Shown here in pieces: positions 25,089-37,772 of a stretch of 64,000 nucleotides of DNA (the stretch's first letter is position 1; every line of letters begins with the position of its first letter). Made by a program: the position numbers and the translations under genes. The DNA comes from Amoebophrya sp. A120 (lineage: Eukaryota > Protista > Dinoflagellata). The stretch covers positions 340,497 to 404,496 of the forward strand of contig CAJINV010000026.1 of the NCBI GenBank assembly GCA_905178155.1, written 5' to 3'. The notes beneath the pieces are model-generated. The model had not been told where the DNA came from, searched no databases, and worked only from the letters and a program-made list of their open reading frames with translations.

Positions 25089-26314
25089 GGTGATCACGGG
25101 GTTTTGGTCTCGTCTCACACTTCTTCCTCGTCGGAAGGATTTGAAATTTCTCGGAACTACGGTAAACAGAAGTTACAAAAGTCCCTTTAGAGGCTAGAGC
25201 TACACCATGTGTTGACGAGGTTGTAACGGATGCTACGTAAAGTCTTACTTATCACAAAAACACAGTAATGGGTCAAGTAAAACTAAGAGGTCGCTGAACA
25301 AATTTTGATGAAACATACTTAGCACGACAAGTTTCGATACTTTGTTGCTGCAGATCGACGAATGAACTTTATCAGCAGTATCTCGGGCCACCACGACCAG
25401 CCAGTAGCAATAATTTGATATTTATGCAGAGGTAAAATCAAAAAAGCCTATGTCGATCTTTGTTTTCGTGTTTTATCAACTTCAAAAACGAGCGCCAAGG
25501 AATTGGAATTGCAGGAAGCAGCACCGCTTCTTGTACTGCGACCCCGTTCTCTGCTACTTACTCGCTCATATTGATTTTTCTTGACCAAGCTTCTAAAATT
25601 TGCGGGGCTCGAGAACCAACTGTACTGTTTTTTTACACACGATAAATGAAAACCCATTGTTGCACGTGCGAGAAACGAAAATCCAAAATCTTGGACAACA
25701 GAAACTGGCACGAAGAAGAATGCATGCATGACACGGCAATAACACTTCTGAAATATTGACTGAAAAAGTGAGGTTGTGGCCCTTCTTCACAAACGACATC
25801 GTGCCGGAACCGGCACGACATGTGGTCTGCTGTGGCGAAAGACCTTATACTCGCGCATCCGATACGAAATGCTTTCCACATTTCTAGTTCAATTCTTTCA
25901 GCAAATTTCAATGCCGAACTAATCTTACAAATTTTGAATCGTACATTTATTTTGAATCTGAATCATCTTCCACAAATCAAATCTCTACTCATCGGAATTT
26001 CGCCTGGTCCTGGTATCTAAACACACTATATTTTGCCTATATCACCCGAGCAGTTAGACTTAGAACTTGTGTCGCTATATAAATATTCAAATACTTTTGA
26101 TATTCATCTTTCAAAAAAGTTGCGTCCTAAAGGTTAGAAACCTGAAGAAACTGTTGGCGACGCCCCAGGATATCTGGTCGTTAGACACTCCATCCTAAGA
26201 GAATTAGACCACCTCCGGCAAATGCAGGACGAAAGTACCCCAACGTAAAGCCTCTTGCTTCGCCCAAGCACGTTGCCAGGGTGCACACGGCTCGTACTAC
26301 GCTGTCGGGGCTTA

Positions 26315-28956
26315 CTAAGTCTCATAATCGATCTTCGTGGGAACAGAAACTGAATAGCGTTCCGGATTATCGGCCAGGATGCTTGGAAGTGGCCTCGGCT
26401 TCCGTCCCGGGAGGTATTTGCCAAACATTCCAGTATTCTTCAGTCGTTTCGCGTGAAGGCTTCTCCAATCCCACTGGAACTGATCGTACGACCAGCGAGA
26501 GTTCTTCCCGTTGGAGCCGGCTCGCCACTTTTGAGCGAATTTTCGAAACATTTTTCGGAAAAATGGGTGCCATGTGTCATCTAGAGGATCCGTCCGCACA
26601 AACGCGTTTCTGTAGGACATCGGCTCCGGCTTCAGCTCGGGGCTGAGACAGTATCCTGGAAAAAATAACGTGAAGTATAAATAAACTTTGTCCAAGAATT
26701 GGAAACAATACAGTCATTCTATAATTCAGCATACTGGAAGAATTGGAGCTCTGCGTCTGGCGAAATGAAGTGAAGCTGATAAAGCACGAGCGCAACTGCA
26801 TTCATTTCAGAACATGAGCACAATGAATTTCCACTGAACAAGCCATCGCATTTCGAGTGCGAAAAAGCAGTACCAAGCTTGACTGGGAACCGCGGCTGGT
26901 CGTAAATCGCATGGTAGTTTTGGAAAAGTAGCTCGGTTGCCGTAGCCAAGCGGCACCTGGCATCGAGAATCCGCCGGCCCCGCCGGTTACGAGCCATGTC
27001 CACAGGGGCCGCAAAATCCGCTGGTGCCAGGGAGAATGCATGCGCCTTTGGCGGATTCCACGTCAAAACCCACTTGCGTTTTTCATCTTTTTCCCCTCGT
27101 TTCGTGGCGCCATCCTTTTCCTTCCGTCTCTTGCTCGGGGTTCGGGCATTCAAACGTGCGGGCGATACTTCTTCGTGAAAAAAGTCGAGGACTTCGCGAA
27201 AAAACGCCCTGTCGCTTTTATGGCAACCCTTTCTGAGTTTATCGGAATCGTAGTCAGAGCGAATGGAGATGGCAAGATCGCCCACGGATTCATACACGCG
27301 CGCGGGACTGCACATTCCCCTAGCCATTGTCATCAAAAATCGTACCTGAGGTAGGTTCAGAAAGCAATTTCCTTTGACTTTGACTACGGAAAAATGAAGT
27401 CATAGATTCTGAAGACGGCCTTCGCGATCCCCTATAATGGAATACCGTCATACATCACTTCAGCTTCAGCGCAAGCTGGCGCTTCTACAGGATCCACCAA
27501 TGCGGCGCAAGCGTACAGACGAAAGCGATAACATTATACCACAAAATAATCGTGCTCGTGATCTTCAGGTTGTTCAGGATGCAAGCAAAATTTTGTTGAC
27601 TACGCTGCGGCAGCTGCGGAAATTCGTTCCAATGCCTTCATATATTTACATAGAGTGGCTGGGGCTACTACAAATAAATCTCAACGTGGCTTCTGCTTTT
27701 CCTTCTCGTCAAAGACGAGTAGTAGAAGCAAACTAGCTGTTAAACCAAAATGTAGCCACGCCAGTATCTCTTGTCTTTCCAAACAAATAAACAGCATCTT
27801 TCAATACGCTCCAGTCTGTTTCCGCCGGCTCCACTCGTTTTCCGCCCTCTTCTTGCGGTCTCTCGACTTCCGCTTGAAATTTCTCCAAGTAGTCTGCCCC
27901 CATGTCTACCATCGTGTTCCAGTAGTCCCGCGGCTTCTTCGTCCCAACTCGCTCGCGTAGAATCTCCAGCCACAGGTCCTCGCAGCTTTCCGTGCGGTTT
28001 TCCAGCTTGCTGTCGTGTCTGTATTGCTCCCACGAAGCAGCTTTCACGCTGTTGTTCTCGCTTGCATTAGATATGGACGGCGCAGCACCGCGCTCTTCTT
28101 GCTCAACATCGTCCGTGTGCTTTTTACTCGTCTGCAGCACAGCAACCGCTTCTTTCGGGGAGAGAAAGCTCAAAATACCGTCTTTTTCGTTTAAGAGCGA
28201 AGTTCTCGTAGAATTTCCTGACAGCAGAAGGCCCCGCTCCCGGAGGGTCGGGTAACCGAGCAAACCTGTGTTGCTCAGATGGTTCGAAGCCTTGTGCCGT
28301 TTCTGAGCTATCGTTCGAGAGGCCGCATCATCACCAGATGATGAGTCCCTTGCACCCTCATCCCCGCCCACGGGTTTTTCTGTTCTTGGCATCACTGCAT
28401 CTGATACGCCTTCTACAGGTGATGTAGATTCGCTGCTCGTCGAAAAATCATGGCTTTTTGATGACGATGAGAGAATTTCGGAGGTGTCTGGCCCGGGTAT
28501 CACAGTAACGAAACTATTTTCAGCAGCGCGGCCCTGCTTCGGCCCACCAGTGCTGCAGGAGCCAGGGCTGCTCGTAGTCTCAGCTTGGCTGTGTCCGCTT
28601 TCTGGGCTGTGTCCTGCATTGCTTTGCTCCGGACCCACTGTTTTTTTTCGCAGTTCAGTTCGCCGTTCCTCCCCGCCGCGTTCCGCAGCGGGTCCCGCAA
28701 CTGCACCTGCAGCCGTGTCCTGCTTCGGCCTCCTCCGCCGCGAGCAGGTCTTTCGTAGTATGGTGTCTCGCACGGTGACAAAAAAATGCCTGCCCGCAGA
28801 ATGTGGCTTTGCCGTAGCACCATCAGATGAATGTGGAAGGACTGCGCCTGTCCCGGCCAGTTGTTCAGAAGCCACGGCTGCCGCTCTCGCTGCCGTAATT
28901 TCCAACGCAAGTAGACAATTGGAAAACAGCAATACAAGTGGTGGACGAAAACGCAT
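26315..28956 (-). CDS. Predicted secreted protein: signal peptide, Ser-rich linker, F-box-like motif and 'SCEDL' domain (paralog A)
   Basis: ORFs 27733-28956 (MRFRPPLVLLFSNCLLALEITAARAAAVA...ILSFLSPKEAVAVLQTSKK...SCEDLWLEILRERVG), 26719-27336 and 26315-26695 are collinear with paralogs B, C and D; AG acceptor at ~27346. Confidence 0.75.
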
Positions 28957-29265
28957 TTTGATCGGTCACGGTGCGAGTACTACTTAAAAATACCCCTTTA
29001 GATGATAGAGCTACACCATATGTTGACTAAAACAAGTAGAGAGAAGTTGTAACTGTAGGCACTTGTAAAGTACTACTCATCCGTGGTCTTACATATGGCT
29101 ACGTTACATTAATGAATGTAACTACTTGATGGGCTCCGCTGCAGAACAATGAAAGAGGGCGTTTGAGATACAACCAGGATAAACACATGTTCGACTCCAA
29201 ATCACTTATCCATCAAGTTTTGCAATAGAGATCCAAGACTGCCGGGTGGATATCGCTATGTATTA

Positions 29266-30978
29266 GGAGGAGGAGGAGGAAACCTCTATAGTCAGCTTCT
29301 AACTACTAAGCTACTTCTGTCTTGAGCTTAACTATAGGACATAGTTCTGGAGACGACTAGCCGAGCTGGGGATAGGTTTTTATATCGTGGACAAATAGCC
29401 CTGCCAGGTGTACAAAGCCTAGGACTTCAGTGCCACGACCCATGAAGATCTCCTTTTCTCCGCTCAAGGCCCGTCCCCGAGTCTGTACTGCAAACGCCCC
29501 CATGGTGTCGCTGGCCGCTTGAATGTAGTGGCTCGCTGGATCCGCGGTAGTTGTATCTGCCTGCTGTACGTCTTCACTTGATGTCGTAATTTCCCGGTGG
29601 AGAGACGACGCAACATACTAGCTACTACACCGCGATGCGTGTCAAACCACAGCGAGAGAGCTCGGGGCGCAAAGTTTGGATTTGTGGCGCTGGAGCGACA
29701 ACAGGGTCGAGACCGAAGCCCGTAACCAGAGTGCCCAACGCCACGCCTGCTCGACGAGAAGAAGTGAGCCACTACTGTCGAATGGTTGTGAGGGCGAAGC
29801 AACAGAGTTACCTGTCGGCTGAAGCCCGCAGTGGAGGACTCCCTATCCCTCCACCGTCGACATGAAGTACTCCAGAATGATGATATTATGAAAACGCCGC
29901 CCGATCCGACGCTGTGCAGAATGCTCCCCCGTCGTCGATCCTCGGTTACCCCTCCCCCGTCGTCGGCGGAGGTCCTTCTGTCGCGCGTGTAGGCGCGTCC
30001 ACGTCCGACTTCGTTAAGAAGGGCGTTGTTCTCGAGCAAGCTGGCTGTGCTGATGCACAAAGAAAGATAGCCTGGGTGAAATCAAAGAAATAACCAGGGA
30101 AACGACAAAAGATCGATAAGGACAAGCCCGCGGGTTCCTCTCCCTGACATGTCCTGCGCCCTCGTCCCTAAGAAAAACGCAGGCCCTTGTCGCGTCGCTC
30201 GATCACGGCACGAAGGTCACGACCACGGCGGGCGCGGAGGTGGAGTGTGTTATTTACTACTAGTCGCTATGTTGTAGGCCCGGTTACTAGTCTTCTGTTT
30301 TGGTTTTGGTAAAAGGAAAACGCGTAAAGTAAAGTAAATGCCTTCGACACGCGCCTGCGCTGTGATCGCGGGCGGCAGTTTCCGTACCCGTGCCTGCAGT
30401 GTGCCGGGGCCATCGGAGGGGATCAATGCACTATGCAATTTCTCAAGCCTGAGAAGTCTCTTTTTCAAAGTTCTACCTGTGCAATCTAAGTGAGTATTTG
30501 TATCTATCCGCCCTTCCACTGCCTAGCGCAGTTGGCACCTCCGCTCACACATGACATCATGCCGACTCCTGTTGCGGCGGGCAAGCATGCCTTTTCGGTG
30601 CCTGGTGCACGACTCCCCCCTTCCGGTCCCCATCCGCGCCGGCCCTCATGGCACACCGCGGCTAGTCTGCTGTTTGGGATCTATGCCTCTTCTCCACGAT
30701 ATCCCGCGGGGAGGGGCGTATCCCTGCGGGTCCGGAGTTGGCGGGCACGCCTCGCGTATCACCGAGCTTGTGTCTCCAGCCGCTAGCCTTACTGTTGCTT
30801 TCTATTTACTACTCTATCCGGAGCCTTCTATCTAACTCCACGACGGGGCTATGCGTTGGCCCGTGCTGCGGCGGCGCTGTCAGTGAGGGGGACGACGTCA
30901 TTATTTTTGTTCTACTTTTGACCGACTTCGTATGTTCCTAAAGGGGCGAGGCTCACCGGGGTCATTAGGCTCGCTATG
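29266..30978 (-). mobile_element. Degenerate RLE-type non-LTR retrotransposon remnant
   Basis: (TCC)n tail at 29266-29280; GC-rich broken ORFs with C..H...RSRHDVMC near 30550-30650; possible TSD tcgctatg (29253-29260, 30971-30978). Confidence 0.4.
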
Positions 30979-32461
30979 GCCAACCTGCAGCATCCAGGGA
31001 CCCTCACGAGGCCCTCGCCCCCACGGTTTTTGGTTGAATTTCAAGTAGTATCCGTTCTCAACAACGACGAAGAACAACGACGAAGAACAATTCTCGTGAT
31101 CTCTCTTCTTAGTCATTCGTTACTACTTGCTTGCACAGGAACATGTATTAGTTTTACTTTGGAAGAGGGCTAGAAGTTGCATTTCCATCGTCGTGTTCGT
31201 CATTCTTCTTCACCTCAGGAAAATTTGGGTCTCTAAATGTGGGCTGCAGAAAGAAAAGTTGTTTGATGCTTCTGGTCTGATATGAGCGTCGTTTCTCATG
31301 TTGGATCGTAACTCGGAAAAGCAGCAAAGCAGGCAAACTTAATACATGCGGCAGAAGATCATAATTGCCACGATTCACGAGAGCAGCTTCCTTGGTTGTG
31401 CGACGTAATACAAGAACACCACGAAATGACTGCGGAAATAGAGTGTGAGAAACTACTGCTCTCCTCATTGCTGTCCCTTGGATCATACACTGCGCAAGGC
31501 TGGTTGTGATGTCACTACCTTGTCCATTTCACTTGGAAAGATGTTGACTATACACTCGACTCCAGCTTCTACTTCGCCTTTCCAAAAAGAACTGGCCACC
31601 GTCGCGCCATTCAGATACTTAAGTATAATTCTTTGCGTAGGTCAAGAAATTCTGCTTCTTGAATACAACGAAAAGAAAGTCGAAAAATCCAGGAATTCCA
31701 ATTCAAACTAAAGTTGGCGTCATAAGCGATAAACTTTCCTTCATGTTGAGTAAAATCATTTGTACAGTGGTTATCATGTTGGAGTTGGGCCGAATAATGA
31801 AGGAAGCACTACTTTCTGTTCCGGTTACCATATGCCTTTGGGCGTTTCTTCTACTACTGGTGAAAAACTTCTCGAGCTTCAAAACTCATACTATACTTTT
31901 GCTGTGGTTGAAGAGGATGTTGGCGCCACGCCTCATTGTAGCAGTCGCCGTGCTTTTTCTGATGGTAAAATCCTGCTCTGTGGAAATCTGTTCGCTTCAC
32001 GTTTCACGTGTAAAGAAGAAAAATGCTTCAGCGGGAAAAAAAAACGTAAACTTTCGTCAAACTTCAACGCCCACATCAAAACTTGTCATCATTTCTTTGT
32101 CTCTTCTAAGTCATGCACGCAGCCTCTTATTTCTGTTTGTGAGTGGTGCACACACGCCCGTCTTCACTTCGTAGCAGGTCCAAAGCTAGAATGTGAGGCT
32201 ACGCAATGATCATCATACAGGTCAAATACATCGATCAGGACTAAGAGACCACTACTTTTTAGACGAGCGCCATTTATCAATTCCATTTACACCATGGATA
32301 CAGAGGCTCAGCCAAGCCTGTCTCGCCACGGTAAAGAAATTCAAGTCCAATGCCTCTTGCAATAATTGACACCAGCGCCCCGCCCGGCTGCCAGTCGTTG
32401 CAAAGGGCGCTATCACTCCTTCGTCCGAAACTAATTCGAAGTTTCGTTGTCGTAGCCACCC

Positions 32462-35400
32462 TCATTTCTTTCTCCCCCCGCCGGGTTTCAGGACTTTTTT
32501 CCAGCTTTTCTTCCCGCGCCGCTGACCTCTCGTGTCGCGCTTAGAAGCGTTTCTTCCGCGCGTGCGTTTATCCGGCTGCGATCGGTCCTTTCCCCGAACT
32601 GCTCGTCCCGTCTGCTTGCGCAAAAGCTTCGCCTCCTCTGCTTCGCGTTGTTTCCACTGCTCTCGCTTCTCCGCCTGCGCGGAGTGGTAGCTGCGCTCGA
32701 GATGGAGGACATGCTCTGGCTCGGCCGGTGTCGTTCTCTGCTGCGCGGACCACGAGAAAATTTTCTTGGACACCTCGGCTAGCAGCCTCCCGAAGCCGCG
32801 CCGCACACCCTCGTCGCGGTTTTCGTCATCGCCACCGTCTCCACCGAGGGCGCGGAGCAGCTGGAGCTCCCCGTCGACGCACCTCTTATTTGGCCGATTG
32901 GTCTGCACCGAAAGTTTGGAGAGCCGGCGGCCCAGCTCTTCCAGGTCGTATCCATCGCACTTCCCGACCTCACCTTCCACCGTGGCCCACCGGGAGCCCA
33001 CGACGCTCCTGTCAGTCCCAGCAGCGTCCTCGGATACTACGCGACGCTGAATGCACTCCTTGGCCCCGTTGCCGGGCTGCGGACAGTACGCGAACTGGTG
33101 CTCGTCGCCTTTCGCGGAACAGTACTCAGCCTCCCGCACGTACCGGTCGTTGATGCGCACTTCGCACGGGGACATCCCGTGTTCCCGCACGGCCGTGGTG
33201 ATGACTCGCGCGGTGCTAGCGTCCTTTACGTGCTGCAGCACCTGTGCGCCAACGATGTCCGTCAGGCGGGACCAAAGCGCGGGCTCACAGGTCGGCGCCG
33301 CGATCGTGACGCGCAAGGAGCTGTTGCTGAATTCGCGCGACCACCATTTTTCCTTACCCGTCGCGAACATGTCCCCGGAAACGCTGCAACAAGCGGCCTT
33401 ATCAATATCTCCCACCGTGCAGTAGCTCGCTCCCGGCTGGCCGTTCGCGAGGCAGTACTGCGACAGCACGGGCTGCGGCCGCGGTTGTTCCATCGTGGAG
33501 GTTTGTTTGACCGATCGGACGGGGGATTTCTTACGGCGGGCCGCGGGTCGGGACGCCGCCCGCCGCCTTTCCCAGGACAGCATTCCCATGTCCTTCACGA
33601 TGAGGACACCCCCAGATGAGACATCGGCAAGGGAGGTGGGCACCGCGGCGGGGCCGTTGAACTGCAGATTGAATCCGGTCGGGGTCGCGGTGAAGTTGGT
33701 CCTCGTAAGCACTGCGACGAGCAGTAGCAGCTGCATGATCGTGCGGAGGCTTCGACTGGCCAACGCGAGGTGTCGCTGCACGACCTGCGCGATCACCGAG
33801 ATGTTCTGCAGAATCTCGGGTAGCAGCGAGGACGCCAGATCGGTGCCAACGCCGGCGCCGCCCATGTCGGTGTAAATTTGCAGACAGACCTGGGCACAGT
33901 TGCCAACAAAGCGCACCACGCGGTTGTTGGCCAGCAAGGTTCGTTCCTGTGTGTGCGGGGCGAGCGGAGCGTCGTCGGCTATCTGCGAGGCGTGCGAAGG
34001 ATTAGCGCCAGTAGGCCCGCTTGGCGTCACGTCGGACGGGCCCGGATCACCATCAAGGTTGCGATCTGTGGTCGGCAGTATTAATGCGTCTTGGTCCGCG
34101 GCAGCCGCTTCGTGTTCGTGATTGCATGGGCCAACGGCGGGCTCACCGCCCGAACGCCCAGGAGCGCCGTCCCGCATTCCGGCAGTGGCGTTTGCCAGCG
34201 TTCCAGCCGCTGCCAGGAAAGTCTGAAACCGCCCCGCCATGAACCACACTCCCTGCTCCAATATTTTGCGATCCTGGTCAAAGTCTTCGTCCCCCCAACC
34301 TGTGACCGCCTCAGACTGATCTCCATCCCCGGTAACTTTGCGGACATAGACTGCGAGATTCTGGAGTAAAGAGTTGAAGACGCGCTCCCGCGCTAAGTCA
34401 TATTCCACGGGATTGTGCCGCCCATCTGCATCGGAAACAAGGTCTGGGCCATACATGCGCGCTTGCGGTACCGGCAGCGCATCATACGCAGCGACGGCCA
34501 CAATATCACGGTCGTCTTCTTCTTTGGCTTTGACGACGAGGACGCTCTGATTTGTATTGATGGAAGGAACGTTAAGAAGGTCATAATGATCTATGTGGTG
34601 TTCATAAAACCCTCTCTCGGCGTGTTGTATCGCTTCCGTGCGGCCATGGCCAAATGTAATTGTGGTCACCAGTGACATGCGCGCCGCGTGATTGACGACA
34701 AGACTCACGTGCGGAGAGAATTCTTTTCACGCTCCACTATCAATTCGGGCAAGAGGGTCACGCCTGCAAACTATCTTCTACTTCTCGCTGTAAATCTAAA
34801 TCGAATTATAGGCACGAGTTACTGCACTGAGAAAGCACTGCACTTACAGAAGCAAGACTGTGTGACATGGACAATACCTGGCGCGTATCCCGTTCACCGG
34901 GGAGAAAACCATGCTGACTTGTCAGGATAGTGTGCTCCAAATAGTTGATAGAGCTCCCCACTGGTCTCCACCCAAGGCCGCGCCTCAGGGGCGCACCAGA
35001 GTGGTCTCGGGGGCAGAGGTCTTCGCGTACTCGCGCCGGCATGTTGCCCTCCACTGGTTGGTGCAGAGCCATCCTTCTTTCGACACAGTCCGCCGGATCG
35101 TCGAAGTCCAGGACCTCATCGCGCACGGCTCCGAAGCGGTCCCCGCGTAGGGTTCCGCAAAGTGTAGCAGGGTCCCATCCATCACGGTAAATGTCCGACT
35201 CCGAATTCCACCAGGTCGCCAGCCAATCAGTGGCGCAGTCGCCCTGCTCCCTCGGAATAGCGAGCACACCAACAAAGTTCACCCCCATGCGCTCCATGTC
35301 GGCAGTTTGGCGCATGTCAACGGGCAAGTTGTCAAGCGACTGCCGCAAAGTATTGCCAGTAGCACCACGGGGAACGGTAAAATTTGAGTCTGGGAGCACA

Positions 35401-35660
35401 CGGCCCGTCCCACGGCCATCGTCTCGGCCCCCGCCATTGTCTCGGTCCCGGCCATCGTCTGGGCCCCCCCTACGTCCGTTTCCTGCGCCACCACTGCCAT
35501 TCCCGGATGAGGACGACGCTGAGACCTGTGACTGCAGTACACCTGATTTGTTTGTTAATTCGAAGATTCCGCTGAAAAAAGAGAAGTGCCAAAGCAAAAC
35601 GCCCTTCACTATCAGTCGAAAAAAAGTTGTATGTTGCAGGGTCTTTAGATAGAAGATCAA
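32462..35660 (-). CDS. Large unknown protein, probably two exons (34806-35660 and 32462-34708), with an internal hydrophobic helix and a Cys-rich C-terminal half
   Basis: 748-aa and 284-aa ORFs in tandem on the same strand; hydrophobic IMQLLLLVAVLT; no recognisable family. Confidence 0.6.
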
Positions 35661-35802
35661 GATGGTTGCGATTGCTGGTGGTGCAACACTGTTCCTGCAA
35701 ATCCTTCACTACAAATGCAACGCAACACCAGTCAAGACCTGCTTACGCCTGCAAAGGCTAAAACAATGACATGCGCAGCTGCAGTACAAATCAATAGGAG
35801 TG

Positions 35803-36528
35803 TCAACTGCTACACCCACGGCAGGTCTTTACCGCGACTTTACAGGGGAAACAAAGGGAATAGAGCTTGCCAAACAATCGCACAAACAAAGTCATCAAAA
35901 TCCGTATGAAGTTCCCCGTAGATTTACACACAAGAATACCTGATGCCGCAGTGGAGCTGTTGCCAATTTGAAGCTCCATTCTCAAGAGCCGAATCCTTCT
36001 CGTATCCGCCCTGGTCGGCCCGATAGCCAAATTGGCAAATGAGCTGCTGAGGTCGTAGAGAATATCATTTGTGAGGCCCCTTGTTCCGTTGATCTTGTCT
36101 CGCAGTGCTCCTGTAGGCTTGATAGGCCTTCCATTACTGTCAGACATCGTTTTCAGTGCGACAAGGGGCGTATTTCTGTTCAGCTCGGCAACAGCGTTGG
36201 ACTTCATCGTCTTCCCTGAGCACTCCCTCTCGCTTGCGGCCGATCCCCTGGCTTCTCGAACCATCAAACGAAACGCGCGCACTTCATCTTGCGGAGCTTC
36301 TGGAAGTTCGTGGCCACGTCTGTTTTGCACATACCCTTCCAAAGCGGCTTCTGCTTTGAGACGCAGGAATCTCATGGTGTCGCTCGGATGCACCGGAAAG
36401 CCACGCGCCAGTGTAACAAAGGAGCCATTTCCCAGTCGCACACCAAGCTCCACAAAAAACATCCGGGGCTCGTCGTCGCTGAGGTCTGCAATGTTGTCAT
36501 ACATAATATTTATGTAAAGGGCGGCCAT
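35803..36528 (-). CDS. Unknown protein with a weak ubiquitin-like N-terminal motif
   Basis: 241-aa ATG ORF; FPVHPSDTMRFLRLKAE resembles ubiquitin LEVEPSDTIENVKAKIQ. Confidence 0.55.
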   Translation of the reverse strand: MAALYINIMYDNIADLSDDEPRMFFVELGVRLGNGSFVTLARGFPVHPSDTMRFLRLKAEAALEGYVQNRRGHELPEAPQDEVRAFRLMVREARGSAASERECSGKTMKSNAVAELNRNTPLVALKTMSDSNGRPIKPTGALRDKINGTRGLTNDILYDLSSSFANLAIGPTRADTRRIRLLRMELQIGNSSTAASGILVCKSTGNFIRILMTLFVRLFGKLYSLCFPCKVAVKTCRGCSS

Positions 36529-36737
36529 TTCAGCTATTTTTCTCCGTGAGCTTTTAACTATTTGAAAAAAATAATCTATGCACCTGCTCTGAGAGACAGC
36601 AACGCCTATTTTATAGTTGCAAGTGCGATGCCGCCTACTTATGTTCTAGCCCTGTCATTTCGATCTCCGCTAAAATAATACGGAAAGATTGATGGTTGAA
36701 ATTAATCGCACCACTTGCCGATGAAGATGAGGGAGTT

Positions 36738-37772
36738 TCAGAAACCATGTATACCAGTGATGCCCGCTGGCATGGCGCATCGTGCTGCGGCTTCTCGCAT
36801 ACGCTCTGCTACTGTGAAGACATCGAGAAGGTCCACCCCTCGCATTGGAGTGTCTTCCACAACAACGGTTGAAGCAACACGGCCATCGCGAGGTCTCGTG
36901 CGTCTCTGCCGTTCCTCCTCTTCACCGGAGCCTGTCGAAACCCCGTGATACATGACATCGAGAAGGCGGCAGTGGCGCGTGCGCTTGCCCTGTAAGGATC
37001 CACGGTCTGCGACGGGGATTCCAATCAACAAGTTTTCACCCCACTGGCGGCCTGTAAATTTCACCGATTTTTCAGGAGAATTGCAAACAAGCATCACGTC
37101 CCGTTGCATGTGTATGAAAATCATGAGCAAGATCAAATGCCCCTTGTGTAACAAGAGAAGCTACTCGTTTATCAAGCAAGTGTCCCTATATGCGCTTTTA
37201 TTTCACAGAATGTATGAAAATCAAGAATAAAAAACAACATAAATACTTCTCACGCAGGTCGCTAGAAGTGCAGTCTGCTCGCTTTCAACGAATATGCTCT
37301 GTCTTGCACCCGAAGCGAAGCCGAAGATCAGCTCGTGGCATTGTGTCAGAGTCTCTTTCCAACGGTCTATACGGCGACCGCCCTGCGTCTGCTGAAGATC
37401 CTTAAATACCATGGCGAATACATCTTGCATCTTGACTCGCGATCTGCGCGCAACGAATTCGTCCACGCCAACCTTCAAGTTCGCTAGCTGTGGTCCTAGT
37501 GTCGTAATGAAGTGGAGCATAATATCATCTGCGTCATCTTCCGACAGAGCGGACATGAGCAGCTCCGCCTTCATTCCTTCAAACGCTCTGAGCTTCACGT
37601 CACAGTGTCCTTCCACGTCTTCGGCGCATTTTAGATCCGACCGCGCCTTACGTATCCATGGTGCTGTAAGTGGTCGCCCTTCGGCACCTTGGCTCACTGC
37701 CGAACCCACGCGTGCACGTACTGCCAGTACAGGCGCGGAGAAAAAAATGAGTCCCACAGTGGCACCCAACAT
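36738..37772 (-). CDS. Predicted secreted helical protein, probably multi-exon
   Basis: ORF 37221-37772 starts with a signal-like MLGATVGLIFFSAPVLA; the downstream ORF 36738-37154 is on the same strand. Confidence 0.5.

Noticed and set aside
31000-32300. Overlapping plus-strand ORFs of 88-171 aa
   Set aside because: No motif, splice or paralogy support
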